NCBI GenBank assembly: GCA_964500505.1
Contig: CAZCNN010000001.1
Coordinates: forward strand, 205,056 to 269,055
DNA: 64,000 nucleotides
Reading direction: 5' to 3'
Origin: an uncultured Bdellovibrionales bacterium
GTDB taxonomy: Bacteria > Patescibacteriota > Minisyncoccia > Moranbacterales > UBA1568
Shown: positions 19,277 to 29,748 of the stretch, piece by piece
Layout: the number at the start of each line of letters is the position of its first letter
How positions within the stretch are numbered: the first letter of the stretch is position 1
Made by a program: the position numbers and the translations under genes
The notes under the pieces: generated by a model
Seen by the model: the letters and a program-made list of their open reading frames with translations, nothing else
Databases searched by the model: none
What the model was told of the DNA's origin: nothing

Positions 19277-21010
19277 TTAGTCGTCGAGACGTTTCTTGGG
19301 TGATACGAGGAGCCACGGATGACGCTCCATCCAGTCTCCAGCGATGAACTCGGTCGTAATCCGCACCAACACCACCGCCGTAAAGAGGGAAAGGAGAACA
19401 CCGAGTGCGAGGATGATGGCAAAGCCCTTAACGAAGCCGGTCCCGAGACCGATGAGTACGACCGTGGTGATGAGGGTCGAGACGTGACCATCGCGAATAC
19501 TCGGCCAGGCGCGTCGAAATCCTTCGATGAGAGAACGTACTACACCTTTACCATACGAGAGTTCTTCGCGGGTACGCTCAAAGATAAGGACGTTGGCATC
19601 GACCGCGATACCGATCGAGAGGACGAATCCAGCGATACCAGAGAGGGTCACGGTGATACCAAAAGGGGTAAAGGCTGAGAGTTTGAAAATCGTGAGGAGC
19701 ATCGCCGTGTAAAGGAGGAGGGCAAAGACCGCCACAATACCGAGGAGACGATAGTAGAACACCATGTAGACGGCGACCGCAGCGAGACCGACTACTCCGG
19801 CAAAGAGACTCTTTTCGAGGGCTGCCTCACCAAGCGATGCATCGACACTCTGCTGGCCAACCAGGGTAATCGGTACTGGGAGAGCGCCTTCGTTCAAGCG
19901 TTTCACCAAGTCATTGGCTTCTTGCATGGTAAAGTCACCGGTGATGACGGCTTGGCCGGCGACAATCTCATTTTGGACCGTCGGCTGACTGATCATTTCG
20001 TCATCAAGAAAGATAGCGACTGGTTTGCCGATATTGCGCTTGGTGATAGCGGCAAACAAATCCGTCCCCTCGCTATCAAACTGGAGTGCAATCTGAGGTG
20101 ATCCGATACCTTGAGTTTGGTAGTCGACATAAGCATTCTTTAGGTTCTTGCCGGAGAGTCCCGTCACCTTAAAGGCAAGCTTGGGGAAATCATCGGCACT
20201 GTACTTGCGGAGGAGAATATGAGCACCATGAACTTCGCGCTCGTTCCCCTGTCCTCGTTCCTCGATTTTCTTGATAATGTGATAGCCAAACTGACTCTCG
20301 ACTACCTGTGGGTAAATAGCGCCGTCCGCCAGTCCTCCATCAAAAAGGACCTTGTCAAACTCTGGGACAAATGTCCCTGCCTTCACAAAATCGAGATCAC
20401 CGCCCTTGTCTTTGGAGCCGGGGTCCTGACTCAGTTCAGTAGCGAGTGCCGCAAAGTCCTCGCCGTTTTGAACGCGCTTAAGCACGCTTTCCGCCTGACT
20501 GCGACTCATCTGATTCATCTGGTCGAGCTGCGCCTGATCCTCAGGACTGACCACGCCGTCCGATGACTCACGGAACTCAAGAAACGGTGTTTCCTTGATC
20601 ATCTTTTTGGCCTGCTCGATGTCTTTGATACCTGGGAGCTCGACAATAATGCGCTCTTCGGTACCGGAGCGTGAGCGCTGGACGAGTGGCTCACCCACAC
20701 CGAAGGCGTTGACACGTCGTTCGATAACAGCTTCGGCCGCGACGAGGGCGTCACTCACTTTGGTTGATTCGATTTGGGAGACATCAGCTTTGTACTCAAG
20801 GTGGATACCACCTTGGATATCGAGGCCTTTGTTGACCTGCATTTTTTCAAGTGCGCTATAGAGAGGTGGGACCCACGAGACCGCCTGTGGATAAGAGATG
20901 ACACCACAAACCAGGCCAAGGAGGAGTACTCCCAGGAACTTGTAACGAATTTTGTACTGTTGTTTCATGCTCTCGAGTATACCCGAAAGTCGAAATCCAG
21001 GCAACTTCAA
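19277..21010 (-). CDS. secD: Protein translocase subunit SecD carrying an inserted parvulin-like (PpiC-type) PPIase domain
   Basis: The SecD P1 head has GGIHLEY. The C-terminal TM bundle is GIAVDANVLIFER. Residues ~150-270 (about 20200-20565) contain DFAALATELSQDPGSKDKGGDLDFV....FGYHIIK followed by HGAHILL, which are parvulin hallmarks. Confidence 0.85.
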   Translation of the reverse strand: MKLPGFRLSGILESMKQQYKIRYKFLGVLLLGLVCGVISYPQAVSWVPPLYSALEKMQVNKGLDIQGGIHLEYKADVSQIESTKVSDALVAAEAVIERRVNAFGVGEPLVQRSRSGTEERIIVELPGIKDIEQAKKMIKETPFLEFRESSDGVVSPEDQAQLDQMNQMSRSQAESVLKRVQNGEDFAALATELSQDPGSKDKGGDLDFVKAGTFVPEFDKVLFDGGLADGAIYPQVVESQFGYHIIKKIEERGQGNEREVHGAHILLRKYSADDFPKLAFKVTGLSGKNLKNAYVDYQTQGIGSPQIALQFDSEGTDLFAAITKRNIGKPVAIFLDDEMISQPTVQNEIVAGQAVITGDFTMQEANDLVKRLNEGALPVPITLVGQQSVDASLGEAALEKSLFAGVVGLAAVAVYMVFYYRLLGIVAVFALLLYTAMLLTIFKLSAFTPFGITVTLSGIAGFVLSIGIAVDANVLIFERTREELSYGKGVVRSLIEGFRRAWPSIRDGHVSTLITTVVLIGLGTGFVKGFAIILALGVLLSLFTAVVLVRITTEFIAGDWMERHPWLLVSPKKRLDD

Positions 21011-21022
21011 GCCATTTTTGGG

Positions 21023-22768
21023 CTACTTACCCAGCTTTTCTTCCAGACGCTTGAGGACTCGCTTCACCTGAGGCAAAGCCGAGGCTTCGTAGGCAGCATA
21101 GTCGGTGACCGGTGTGAGGAGTCCGCCGTCGAGAAGATACTTCTCTGAGAGAGCGACCCGCTCGAGGAACAAGCGATCATGGGTGACGAGGAGGATCGTA
21201 CCAGGATAGACCGCCAGGGCTTCTTCGAGGGCCTCAATCGCTTCGAGATCGAGGTGATTGGTCGGCTCATCGAGGATGAGGACATTGGCTCGGAGCATGG
21301 TGAGAAGTGCGAGGATGAGACGGACGCGCTCACCCGGACTGAGACTCGCAATCTTGCTATCGAGGGTATCTGGTGGGAACTGAAATTCGGAGAGAACGAG
21401 TGATGTCTCAAACACATCGAAATCCACGACGCGTTTTTTGAAGAGCTCTCGTGGCGTCAGCGCTTGAGAAATATTCTCATGTTCCTGCATGAGATAACCA
21501 AATATCACCTCTTTGCCACATGCCACCTTGCCACTCACCGGAGCGAGGTCACCGGTAATGGTCCGAAGGAGCGTCGACTTGCCTGCCCCGTTATTGCCAA
21601 GGATAGCAATGCGACTCCCTAGTGGCAGCTTGAGGCTGATGGGCCCCCCACGAAAGACTTTGTCCCCGTTCTCCTTTTCGGGATAGCCAAAAACGAGTTT
21701 CTTGAGGACAATACTACTTTCATCTTTCTTTTCCGTTTCCAAAATGATATTGAGTGGCGGGCGCTCCATCGGCTTTTCGATGTCTCGCATGCGCTTCTCT
21801 CGTCCCTCGAGCGCCTTAGCCGACGCATCAAACTTGCGCGTCGCCCGTTCTTTTTTGTAGTTCGAGGTAAACTTGTCATTGTCTGGAGTCACTTTTTCCT
21901 GCACCCGGATGACCCACTCTTTTTTCTCAGCCATCGAATCACGGAGACGGGAGCGCTCTTCTTCTTGCATCCGATACTGTTCCTTGTGTTTACGGAACGC
22001 GTGAGCCTTCATCTCGGCAAATTCACTCCAGCCACCGGTATACATGACGGCACTGCGGGTAAACCAGTCGATCTCGACCACTTTCTTTACCACGTGATCG
22101 AGGAACCGTCGGTCGTGCGACGCGATAAGGCAGGTCGCCTTGGAGCGCTTGAGATAATTCTCGAGCCACAGGAGCGCCGGCAGGTCGAGGTTGTTGGTCG
22201 GTTCATCGAGGAGGAGGATATCGACACCCCGAAGGAGCACACCGGCAAGCGTTGCTTTGCGCTTCTCGCCACCAGAGAGTTCCTGGATAGGACGACGCAG
22301 TCCGACATGGGAGAGAAAGAGTCCTTCGAGCACGCCCTTGGCCCGTCGTTCGAAATCATAGCCACCCAGCCGGGAATAATCACTTTGGACCAGTTCAAAC
22401 TGCGCAAGGATGGCCTCTTCATCGAGGTGTTTCTCGAGACGTTTCATCTCCTGCTCGAGTTCCTCAAGTCCGGCCATGCGTCGGAGATACGAGAGGAGCG
22501 TCTCATCCGGAAGTGTCCCCACTTCTTGTGGGAGATAGCCGAGAAGTGCCCGATTCGGGACGATACGATCCCCTCGTTCAAAGGTTTCGAGCCCAGCGGC
22601 AATCTTGAGGATGGTCGACTTGCCTACGCCGTTTTGACCGACGAGCGCTACTTTCTGGCCCTCACCCAGACTAAACGAGACCTTTTCGAGGACGCGGTGA
22701 ATGCCGTATATTTTCCGGATGTTTTTGAGGGTGAGCATAAGAAATAGAGTATAACCCGATTCGCTCAA
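21023..22768 (-). CDS. ABC-F family ATPase (tandem ABC domains, no TMD); translation/ribosome-associated type
   Basis: It has two Walker A motifs (GQNGVGKST, GNNGAGKST), two LSGGE signatures and a charged linker between the ABC domains. Confidence 0.85.
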   Translation of the reverse strand: MSESGYTLFLMLTLKNIRKIYGIHRVLEKVSFSLGEGQKVALVGQNGVGKSTILKIAAGLETFERGDRIVPNRALLGYLPQEVGTLPDETLLSYLRRMAGLEELEQEMKRLEKHLDEEAILAQFELVQSDYSRLGGYDFERRAKGVLEGLFLSHVGLRRPIQELSGGEKRKATLAGVLLRGVDILLLDEPTNNLDLPALLWLENYLKRSKATCLIASHDRRFLDHVVKKVVEIDWFTRSAVMYTGGWSEFAEMKAHAFRKHKEQYRMQEEERSRLRDSMAEKKEWVIRVQEKVTPDNDKFTSNYKKERATRKFDASAKALEGREKRMRDIEKPMERPPLNIILETEKKDESSIVLKKLVFGYPEKENGDKVFRGGPISLKLPLGSRIAILGNNGAGKSTLLRTITGDLAPVSGKVACGKEVIFGYLMQEHENISQALTPRELFKKRVVDFDVFETSLVLSEFQFPPDTLDSKIASLSPGERVRLILALLTMLRANVLILDEPTNHLDLEAIEALEEALAVYPGTILLVTHDRLFLERVALSEKYLLDGGLLTPVTDYAAYEASALPQVKRVLKRLEEKLGK

Positions 22769-22796
22769 AAAATCAACCCTCTAGGTTGATTTTCTT
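22766..22796 (-). terminator. Putative intrinsic terminator after the NUDIX gene
   Basis: On the minus strand the hairpin AAUCAACC-UAGAG-GGUUGAUU is followed by UUUU. Confidence 0.4.
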
Positions 22797-22802
22797 CACT
22801 TC

Positions 22803-23396
22803 TTATTGTCCTCGTAAGTATTCCTCTGTCTCACGGAGGACGCGTTTGGCGTTGTCAAAGGTGACACGTTTCATAGCCACGTCATACTTTTCCCAGGCAT
22901 AGCCCTGGTGTTCATGCGAGATGACAACTTCGGCAGTTTTGGTCTCGGCGGGATAGAAGTGTACTTCCTTGAAAATCCATACTCCCTCGGCTTTACGCAG
23001 GCGCTTCTCCCGCTCTGTCCCCTTGGCTGCATAAAAATAACGAATACTCACTCGGTGCGGAAAGACCTGGAGATCCCGGATCCCCGACTCTTCCTCGGTT
23101 TCCCGGCGAAGCGTCATTTCCTCGGTCTCGCCCTTTTCGATGTGTCCTTTGGCGAAGTCATAGTGACCACTCGGGTAATGGAGGAGGAGATACTGACGCT
23201 CACCATCAACCATCCGGAACACGACTGCCCCGACCGACGTCTCCCAGACAGCCGGAAAGCTAAAAAAACGCAGAAAATAATAGAGCGCCCGATGGACAGG
23301 AAGTTTCATATTTTTATTGACAGATGGGTCTAATACTTCTACTGTATCATACAGTCTTGGTGGCTGTCTAAGGAGTATATATCCACCCCATGTCAC
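22803..23396 (-). CDS. NUDIX hydrolase; the true start is probably an internal Met near 23309
   Basis: The Nudix box GHIEKGETEEMTLRRETEEESGI matches Gx5Ex7REUxEExGU. The track start would overlap the divergent PBP gene. Starting at MKLPVH removes that overlap. Confidence 0.8.
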   Translation of the reverse strand: MTWGGYILLRQPPRLYDTVEVLDPSVNKNMKLPVHRALYYFLRFFSFPAVWETSVGAVVFRMVDGERQYLLLHYPSGHYDFAKGHIEKGETEEMTLRRETEEESGIRDLQVFPHRVSIRYFYAAKGTEREKRLRKAEGVWIFKEVHFYPAETKTAEVVISHEHQGYAWEKYDVAMKRVTFDNAKRVLRETEEYLRGQ

Positions 23397-25510
23397 GATT
23401 TTTGGTCTTCAAACTCAAGAACCCCATTCTTACGATTCTCTCTGAAATCGTCTTTTTCACCTGCCTGGTTATTCTCGGGATCATCATCGGCCTGTTTCTC
23501 GTCTATCGCTACGCCACCCCCAATATCGACCAGATTCTCGCCTATCGCTTCAACCTCCCCTCCATCATCTATGACCAGAGTGGCACGGTCGAACTCTATC
23601 GTCTCTATGATGAAGAAAACCGCATCGTGGTCGGACACGACGCCATCCCCGAGTCTATCCGCCTCGCCACCATCGCCTCCGAAGACGCCAATTTCTATAC
23701 GCACCGAGGTATCGACCCCCTCTCCATCCTCCGCGCTCTCAGGGCCAATATCATAAGTGGCCACATCGAACAGGGCGGCTCGACCATCACCCAGCAGCTC
23801 GCGCGCGCCCTTTTCCTCTCAAATGAGCGGACCATCGAACGCAAATTCCGCGAAGCGCTCCTCGCCATCAAAATCGACCAGAAACTCGCAAAGGACGATA
23901 TCCTCGACCTCTACCTAAACACTGTCCCCTACGGCGCCAATGCCTACGGCATCGAGACAGCAAGTGAACTCTACTTTGGTAAGCGGGCGATTGACCTCAC
24001 CATTGCCGAAAGTGCTCTCCTCGCTGCCCTCCCCAATGCGCCGAGTTTCTTCTCACCGTTTGGAAACAATACCGATGAACTCCGGACTCGCCTGGATGGC
24101 ATACTCCTACGTATGTACACTCTCGGCTTTATCAACCGGAGCGAATACACTGAGGCGACCTCTAGCGACCCGCTCGCCGAAATAGAGCCCAGGAGCGACC
24201 AAATTATCGCCCCTCACTTTGTTTTTGCGGTGCTCGATGAGCTCAAGGCCAGGTATCCTGATCTGGACCTCCGCACAGCCGGCCTCCGAATCAGGACGAC
24301 GCTTGATCTCGAACTCCAAAAGTCTGCCGAACAAGTAGTCCGCGAGGGTGTAGAGAAGAACCTCGCGCGCGGAGCCGAGAACGCTGCTCTCGTCGCTCTC
24401 GATGCCACCAATGGTCATATCCTCGCCATGGTCGGCTCGCGTGACTACTGGGACACTGCTATCGACGGCAACGTCAACGTCACCCTCGAAAAGCGCCAGC
24501 CCGGTTCAGCCTTCAAGCCATTTGCCTATGCCACCGCCTTTACCAAGGGATTTCAGCCCGAGACACCCATCTATGATCGTCCCGTGAACTTTGGCCCCGA
24601 TGGTTCTGGCCGTGACTACATTCCTCAGAATTACGATGGCAAGTTTCATGGTCGTCTCACCATGCGCCAAGCACTCGCTATGTCACTCAATGTCCCTGCC
24701 GTCCAGACGCTCGCCCTCGCGGGACTGAGTGACACCATCGATCTCGCAACGCGTCTTGGTATCACCACCCTCACCGAGCCCCGTCGCTATGGACTGTCAC
24801 TCGTCCTCGGTGGTGCCGAAGTTCGCCCACTTGATATGGCCAACGCCTTTTCGGCCTTTGGTCAGGAAGGACGCGCCCATGATACTACTGGTATCGCCCA
24901 CATCGAGGACACCCATGGCAAAGTACTTCTTTGGCAGGACACTCAGAGTGAACAGGTGCTCGACCCAGAAGTAGCTCGGAAGATTAACTCCATTCTCTCA
25001 GATAATAGCGCCCGCACCCCTATCTTTGGTCCGAGGAGTCCACTTGCTTTCCCATCGGGCGTGACCGTCGCTGGGAAAACCGGAACGACGCAAAATTTCC
25101 GTGATGCCTGGACTGTCGGTTATACTCCCTCGATCGCCGTCGCCGTCTGGGCCGGTAACAATGATAACCGCCCTATGAATGCCGGAGCTGATGGTATCTA
25201 TGTCGCGGCGCCCATCTGGCGCGCCTTTATGGATGTGGCCCTAGAGCGCTTCCCTGTCACAGGCTTTACGGCCTACCAGTCAGAGCCTGATCAACGCCTC
25301 GCCACACCGCTAGAGAACGCTGGTGGCCGAACGATTTATATCGACAAAAAAACCGGGCGTGAAATCCCAGAAAGCAAAGCCAAGAAAATGAAAAAAGGTC
25401 GCGTCGAAAAATATTCCGTCGGTGATGATGGCAATCTCCCTCCTGAGGCCCTCGCACCCGACGCCATGATGTCGCTCTCCGACATCGAAAAAATGTATCA
25501 GAAACCTTAG
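23390..25510 (+). CDS. Class A penicillin-binding protein (PBP1A-type bifunctional transglycosylase/transpeptidase)
   Basis: The GT51 motifs are EDANFYTHRGID and GGSTITQQLAR. The transpeptidase motifs are SAFKPF (SxxK) and KTGTT. It has an N-terminal TM anchor. It is the only plus-strand gene in the window. Confidence 0.9.
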   Translation: MSRFLVFKLKNPILTILSEIVFFTCLVILGIIIGLFLVYRYATPNIDQILAYRFNLPSIIYDQSGTVELYRLYDEENRIVVGHDAIPESIRLATIASEDANFYTHRGIDPLSILRALRANIISGHIEQGGSTITQQLARALFLSNERTIERKFREALLAIKIDQKLAKDDILDLYLNTVPYGANAYGIETASELYFGKRAIDLTIAESALLAALPNAPSFFSPFGNNTDELRTRLDGILLRMYTLGFINRSEYTEATSSDPLAEIEPRSDQIIAPHFVFAVLDELKARYPDLDLRTAGLRIRTTLDLELQKSAEQVVREGVEKNLARGAENAALVALDATNGHILAMVGSRDYWDTAIDGNVNVTLEKRQPGSAFKPFAYATAFTKGFQPETPIYDRPVNFGPDGSGRDYIPQNYDGKFHGRLTMRQALAMSLNVPAVQTLALAGLSDTIDLATRLGITTLTEPRRYGLSLVLGGAEVRPLDMANAFSAFGQEGRAHDTTGIAHIEDTHGKVLLWQDTQSEQVLDPEVARKINSILSDNSARTPIFGPRSPLAFPSGVTVAGKTGTTQNFRDAWTVGYTPSIAVAVWAGNNDNRPMNAGADGIYVAAPIWRAFMDVALERFPVTGFTAYQSEPDQRLATPLENAGGRTIYIDKKTGREIPESKAKKMKKGRVEKYSVGDDGNLPPEALAPDAMMSLSDIEKMYQKP

Positions 25511-25514
25511 TGCT

Positions 25515-26771
25515 TTAGTCTTTGCGTAGGGCTTCCATCGGCGTGAGGGAAGCAGCGCGGTAGGCGGGCGCGAGACCAAAGATGAGGCCCACCGCGGTGG
25601 AGAATCCTACTCCAAGGAGAAATGATTGCCCAGAAAACGAAAGTGGCAGCGCAAATCCAAATGAAGCAAAGACTGCGCCGAGGGCGAGCGTGAGGAGCAT
25701 CCCAAGTATGATACCAATGAGGCCTCCGGAGAGGGTGATGATAAGGGCCTCTATCAAAAACTGGATAAGGATACTCTGAGACGTCGCCCCTACCGCTTTG
25801 CGGAGACCAATTTCCGACGTGCGCTCGTTGACCGAGACATACATAACATTCATGATCCCCACTCCCCCGACGACGAGCGAGATCGAGGTGAGCGCGAGGA
25901 GGAGGATAGAGAGTGAACCGAGGACGTCACTAAACGTCTTTTGCGCTTCCTTGGTCGAAGTTACAGAAAAGTCATCCTTGTCTGGATCATCGATATCATG
26001 CCGGTTACGGAGGAGGGCGACGATGTCAGCCACTGTCTCTCGCTCCCGACTCGGGTCGATCATCTTGACCGAGATAAACTGGACATAGTCGACACCCAGG
26101 AGCTTCTTTTGGAGGGTTTGGACTGGGATATACGTAAAACTGTCAAAGTTGAGAAACGCGACCGCGCCACGTTCTTTGAGGACACCAATGACGCGATACT
26201 TGTCGCCTTTGAGGGTAATCGACTGGCCCACAGCCTCACCCGTCCCAAAGAACGTGTCCTTGGTCTCGCTCCCGAGCACCGCCACCTGAGCCAGTGATGA
26301 AGCCTCTTCATCGGTAAAGAACCGACCACTTTCGAGGACGAGGTTACTGTCGACTTCCGCGACCGCGGCACCGGTCCCAAAGAGTTGGATGCGCTTGCCT
26401 ATCGAGCCATAGGTCGCTCGCTCCTGGCCGATTGTCCCAGCATACACTGCCGACACATTGGGCAGTTTCTCTATCGCTTCGCCGTCTTTGACGGTGAGCG
26501 TCGTGATTTGCGTCCCCTGAGCTCGACCGGTAGAGTTCTCACTCGACATGGCGGTCGTACTTGGGATCTTGATCTCCACCTGGATGAGGTCGCTCCCAAA
26601 GCTCTCCACCTGCCCGAGCACAAAACCCTTGACCCCATCACCGAGACTGGTCACCACGACCACCGCAAACACCCCGATCACCACACCAAGGAGTGCGAGA
26701 GCAGTCCTCGCTCGGTGTGTTGTGATGGTCTTCCAGGCAAAGAAAAATGGGATGAAATGTTTCTTATTCAT
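25515..26771 (-). CDS. ABC transporter permease, MacB/FtsX-like (second of two tandem permeases)
   Basis: It has an N-terminal TM, a large periplasmic MacB_PCD-like domain and a C-terminal FtsX-type 3-TM bundle. Confidence 0.85.
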   Translation of the reverse strand: MNKKHFIPFFFAWKTITTHRARTALALLGVVIGVFAVVVVTSLGDGVKGFVLGQVESFGSDLIQVEIKIPSTTAMSSENSTGRAQGTQITTLTVKDGEAIEKLPNVSAVYAGTIGQERATYGSIGKRIQLFGTGAAVAEVDSNLVLESGRFFTDEEASSLAQVAVLGSETKDTFFGTGEAVGQSITLKGDKYRVIGVLKERGAVAFLNFDSFTYIPVQTLQKKLLGVDYVQFISVKMIDPSRERETVADIVALLRNRHDIDDPDKDDFSVTSTKEAQKTFSDVLGSLSILLLALTSISLVVGGVGIMNVMYVSVNERTSEIGLRKAVGATSQSILIQFLIEALIITLSGGLIGIILGMLLTLALGAVFASFGFALPLSFSGQSFLLGVGFSTAVGLIFGLAPAYRAASLTPMEALRKD

Positions 26772-26775
26772 ATAC

Positions 26776-28017
26776 TTATTCGTAGCGTAACGCCTCCATT
26801 GGGCTCACTCGAGACGCTTTGAATGCCGGATAGAGACCAAAGATGATACCGATGAGAAGTGAGACCGTAAAACCGATAACAACCGATGACAGTGGCACCA
26901 AGAACTGCCACTCATACCCAAACTGCGGGATAATGAGAGCAGCCACGTAGGCGAGGCCCGCCCCAAAGAGGATGCCGATACAGCCACCAATGAGCGTGAC
27001 GAGCGATGACTCGATCAAAAACTGGGTTATGATATGAACTGGTCTCGCTCCGACCGCTTTGCGGAGACCAATCTCTCGGATGCGCTGTGAGACCGAGATG
27101 AGCATCGAGTTCATGATCCCGATACCACCAACGAGAAGTGAGAGAGATGCAATAGCAATGAGGAAGTACTTGAGCACATCCGTGATGTTCGTGAGGATCC
27201 CGAGGGCTGCCTTGGTACTCCGCACCGAAAAGTCGGACTCTTCACCCTCGTCGAGATCATGTCGCTTGCGGAGGAGCGACTCCATATCCATGAGCGTGCG
27301 CTCAATATTGTCAGGCGTATCGACTTTCCCTCGAGCAAAATTGAGATAATCAATACCAAGAAGAATCTTCTGGGCCGTAGCGAGCGGGACAAAGATGAGC
27401 ACATCCGGATTGGAGAACGCCGCCGAGCCACGCTCTTCGAGTACGCCCACCACTTTAAATGGATTCTTGTCGATGGTGATCACTTCACCAATAGGATCAC
27501 GGTTGGGAAAGAGGTCGGCCGCTCGAGTAGCCCCAAGTACCGCGACACGCGACAAATCAGACTCTTCCTCAGGAAAAAAGAAACGTCCATTCGATACCGT
27601 TATGTTCTCCACTTCGATGAGCTCGGGCGAGACTCCCTGATAACTCACCTCGTACGATTCCGTCACGGACTCCACCGTCGCTGAACCACTGACATACCCA
27701 GAGATAGCAACGAGATGCGGAATATTGCGACGTTCTCGGAGCGCTCGGAGGTCGTCATTTTTGAGGCTGGTCGTCACGATGCCAAGGGCCGATGCCGGTG
27801 GACCATCTTCTTCCGAAGCACCAGGAAGGATAGCAACCAAATTGGATCCGACACTCTCTACCTGAGAGAGCACGAGTTTCTGAGCACTGGCTCCGATGGC
27901 CATAACCATAATCACCGCCGCCACCCCAATCACGACTCCGAGGACCGTCAGAAGGAACCGCAGTTTTGAGGCAGTGAGCGACCGATAAGTAATTTTGATC
28001 GGGTCGGAAATTTTCAT
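26776..28017 (-). CDS. ABC transporter permease, MacB/FtsX-like (first of two)
   Basis: It has the same architecture as the downstream paralogue. The FtsX-domain motif is GIGIMNSMLISVSQRIREIGLRKAVGA. Confidence 0.85.
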   Translation of the reverse strand: MKISDPIKITYRSLTASKLRFLLTVLGVVIGVAAVIMVMAIGASAQKLVLSQVESVGSNLVAILPGASEEDGPPASALGIVTTSLKNDDLRALRERRNIPHLVAISGYVSGSATVESVTESYEVSYQGVSPELIEVENITVSNGRFFFPEEESDLSRVAVLGATRAADLFPNRDPIGEVITIDKNPFKVVGVLEERGSAAFSNPDVLIFVPLATAQKILLGIDYLNFARGKVDTPDNIERTLMDMESLLRKRHDLDEGEESDFSVRSTKAALGILTNITDVLKYFLIAIASLSLLVGGIGIMNSMLISVSQRIREIGLRKAVGARPVHIITQFLIESSLVTLIGGCIGILFGAGLAYVAALIIPQFGYEWQFLVPLSSVVIGFTVSLLIGIIFGLYPAFKASRVSPMEALRYE

Positions 28018-28019
28018 AG

Positions 28020-28742
28020 CTACTTCAAGAGCTCTGTTTCCGCAGAAGCTATGCGGCGCTTCGTGACCACTTCGTCAGCTACAATTTGTCCATCCACCAT
28101 ACGGAGAATGCGTTTAGCGTGCTCCGCGGTCGACGTTTCGTGAGTGACGAGGATGATAGTCTTGCCGTCGTCATTGAGCTTTTGGAGGATGGCCATCACC
28201 TGGAGACCGGATTTGGAGTCGAGGTTTCCTGTCGGCTCATCGGCAAAGATAATTTCCGGATTATTCACAAGGGCCCGAGCGATGGCGACCCGCTGTTTCT
28301 CTCCGCCAGAGAGCTGACTCGAGAGATACTGGGCTCGGTGAGACATCCCGACCGCGGCCAGCGCGTCTTTGACCCGGATAGTATTCGATGCATCATTCCG
28401 GTCATCGTAGAGGAGCGGAAGCTCAACGTTTTCCGCGACACTGGTTTTCGGCAAAAGATTGAAGGCCTGAAAGATAAAACCGATTTCTTTGTTGCGGAGT
28501 CGGGCGAGCTCATCATCGGTGAACCCCGTCACATCCTTACCACGAAGCGCATAGCTCCCTCCTGTCGCACGATCAAGGAGTCCCAAGACCTGCATGAGTG
28601 TCGACTTGCCCGATCCAGAAGGACCCATGATTGCGATGAATTCTCCCGGCTCAACAGAAAAGCACGCCCCAAAAAGCGCGCGAGTTTCCACCCCCTCGTT
28701 TGAGTACACCTTTTCAAGATTTCTGACAGCGATCAAACTCAT
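28020..28742 (-). CDS. ABC transporter ATP-binding protein (MacB/LolD-type ATPase)
   Basis: It has Walker [10 protein letters not shown], the signature LSGGEKQR and Walker B IIFADEPT. It overlaps the upstream adaptor gene by 4 nt. Confidence 0.9.
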   Translation of the reverse strand: MSLIAVRNLEKVYSNEGVETRALFGACFSVEPGEFIAIMGPSGSGKSTLMQVLGLLDRATGGSYALRGKDVTGFTDDELARLRNKEIGFIFQAFNLLPKTSVAENVELPLLYDDRNDASNTIRVKDALAAVGMSHRAQYLSSQLSGGEKQRVAIARALVNNPEIIFADEPTGNLDSKSGLQVMAILQKLNDDGKTIILVTHETSTAEHAKRILRMVDGQIVADEVVTKRRIASAETELLK

Positions 28743-29740
28743 TTCTTTTGGGTAGCCCCAATAGTCACCTCATCTCCTTCTTTGAGTCCTGATTTCACTT
28801 CGATAGTTCCTTCGTCACCCTCAAGTCCCGTAGTGACTACCACTTTCTCAAAAGTTGCTGGTCCACGCTTGACCTCAGCATAGGACTGTCCGTTCACCTT
28901 GGAGAGCGCCCGATACGGCACCCAGAGGACGCCCTCGCGCTTAGCCGTTTCGACATCGATGTTGCCCGTCATCCCCTCTCGGAGACGCTTATCGTACTTG
29001 GCCAAACGAAACTTGACCTTATACGACACCACATCCTGCACCACCGTCGAGGCGGGATCGATGCTCACTACTTCGCCTGAAAAAACCTCGTCGTTGGTGA
29101 GAGCATCAAACGTGATACGAGCCTTCATACCGAGGCTCACTTTGGCGATATCCGACTCCGGTACCCGTGATTCGAGGAAGTAGCTCCCTGGCTTGATAAC
29201 ACGAGCAATGACCTTGCCCAATGTCACGACTTCACCGACCCGCGTATCAAACTTGGAAATCTGTCCAGTCATCGGTGATGTCAAAACATTTTCTTTCATC
29301 TGGGCCTCGAGGGTACGGACACTTTCACGTGCTTGCTCAGACAGTAATTTCTTGGCCATCAATTCCTCAGGGGCATAGTTGGTCCGCCCACGACGAAGGA
29401 GTTGCTCTGCCTGCTCCGCTACCCTGGCAGCCACACGGGCCTCTTTCAACTGAGAAAAGAGTACTTCACGATCAAGTGAGACAATCTGGTCACCCTCGGT
29501 CACACTATCACCGACTGCGACCATAACCGCATCAACCGTCCCAGCACTGGCAAATGACAGATCGGCATATTCCTCGGGTACGAGTTCTCCCGTCACACTC
29601 ACTGTTTCTGACACATCTCCCCGCTTGACGGTCTCAGTCTCTACCGCTACGGTTGTGTCTCGCTCGCTAAAATAATAATACCCACCACTAAGTGCGATAA
29701 TGATGAGAATGGCGATGATGACTCTTTTTTTGGTAAACAT
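28739..29740 (-). CDS. Periplasmic adaptor / membrane fusion protein (HlyD/MacA family)
   Basis: It has an N-terminal TM, a coiled-coil hairpin region and barrel domains. It is first in the operon, upstream of the ATPase and the two permeases. Confidence 0.78.
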   Translation of the reverse strand: MFTKKRVIIAILIIIALSGGYYYFSERDTTVAVETETVKRGDVSETVSVTGELVPEEYADLSFASAGTVDAVMVAVGDSVTEGDQIVSLDREVLFSQLKEARVAARVAEQAEQLLRRGRTNYAPEELMAKKLLSEQARESVRTLEAQMKENVLTSPMTGQISKFDTRVGEVVTLGKVIARVIKPGSYFLESRVPESDIAKVSLGMKARITFDALTNDEVFSGEVVSIDPASTVVQDVVSYKVKFRLAKYDKRLREGMTGNIDVETAKREGVLWVPYRALSKVNGQSYAEVKRGPATFEKVVVTTGLEGDEGTIEVKSGLKEGDEVTIGATQKK

Positions 29741-29748
29741 AGTTGTAT

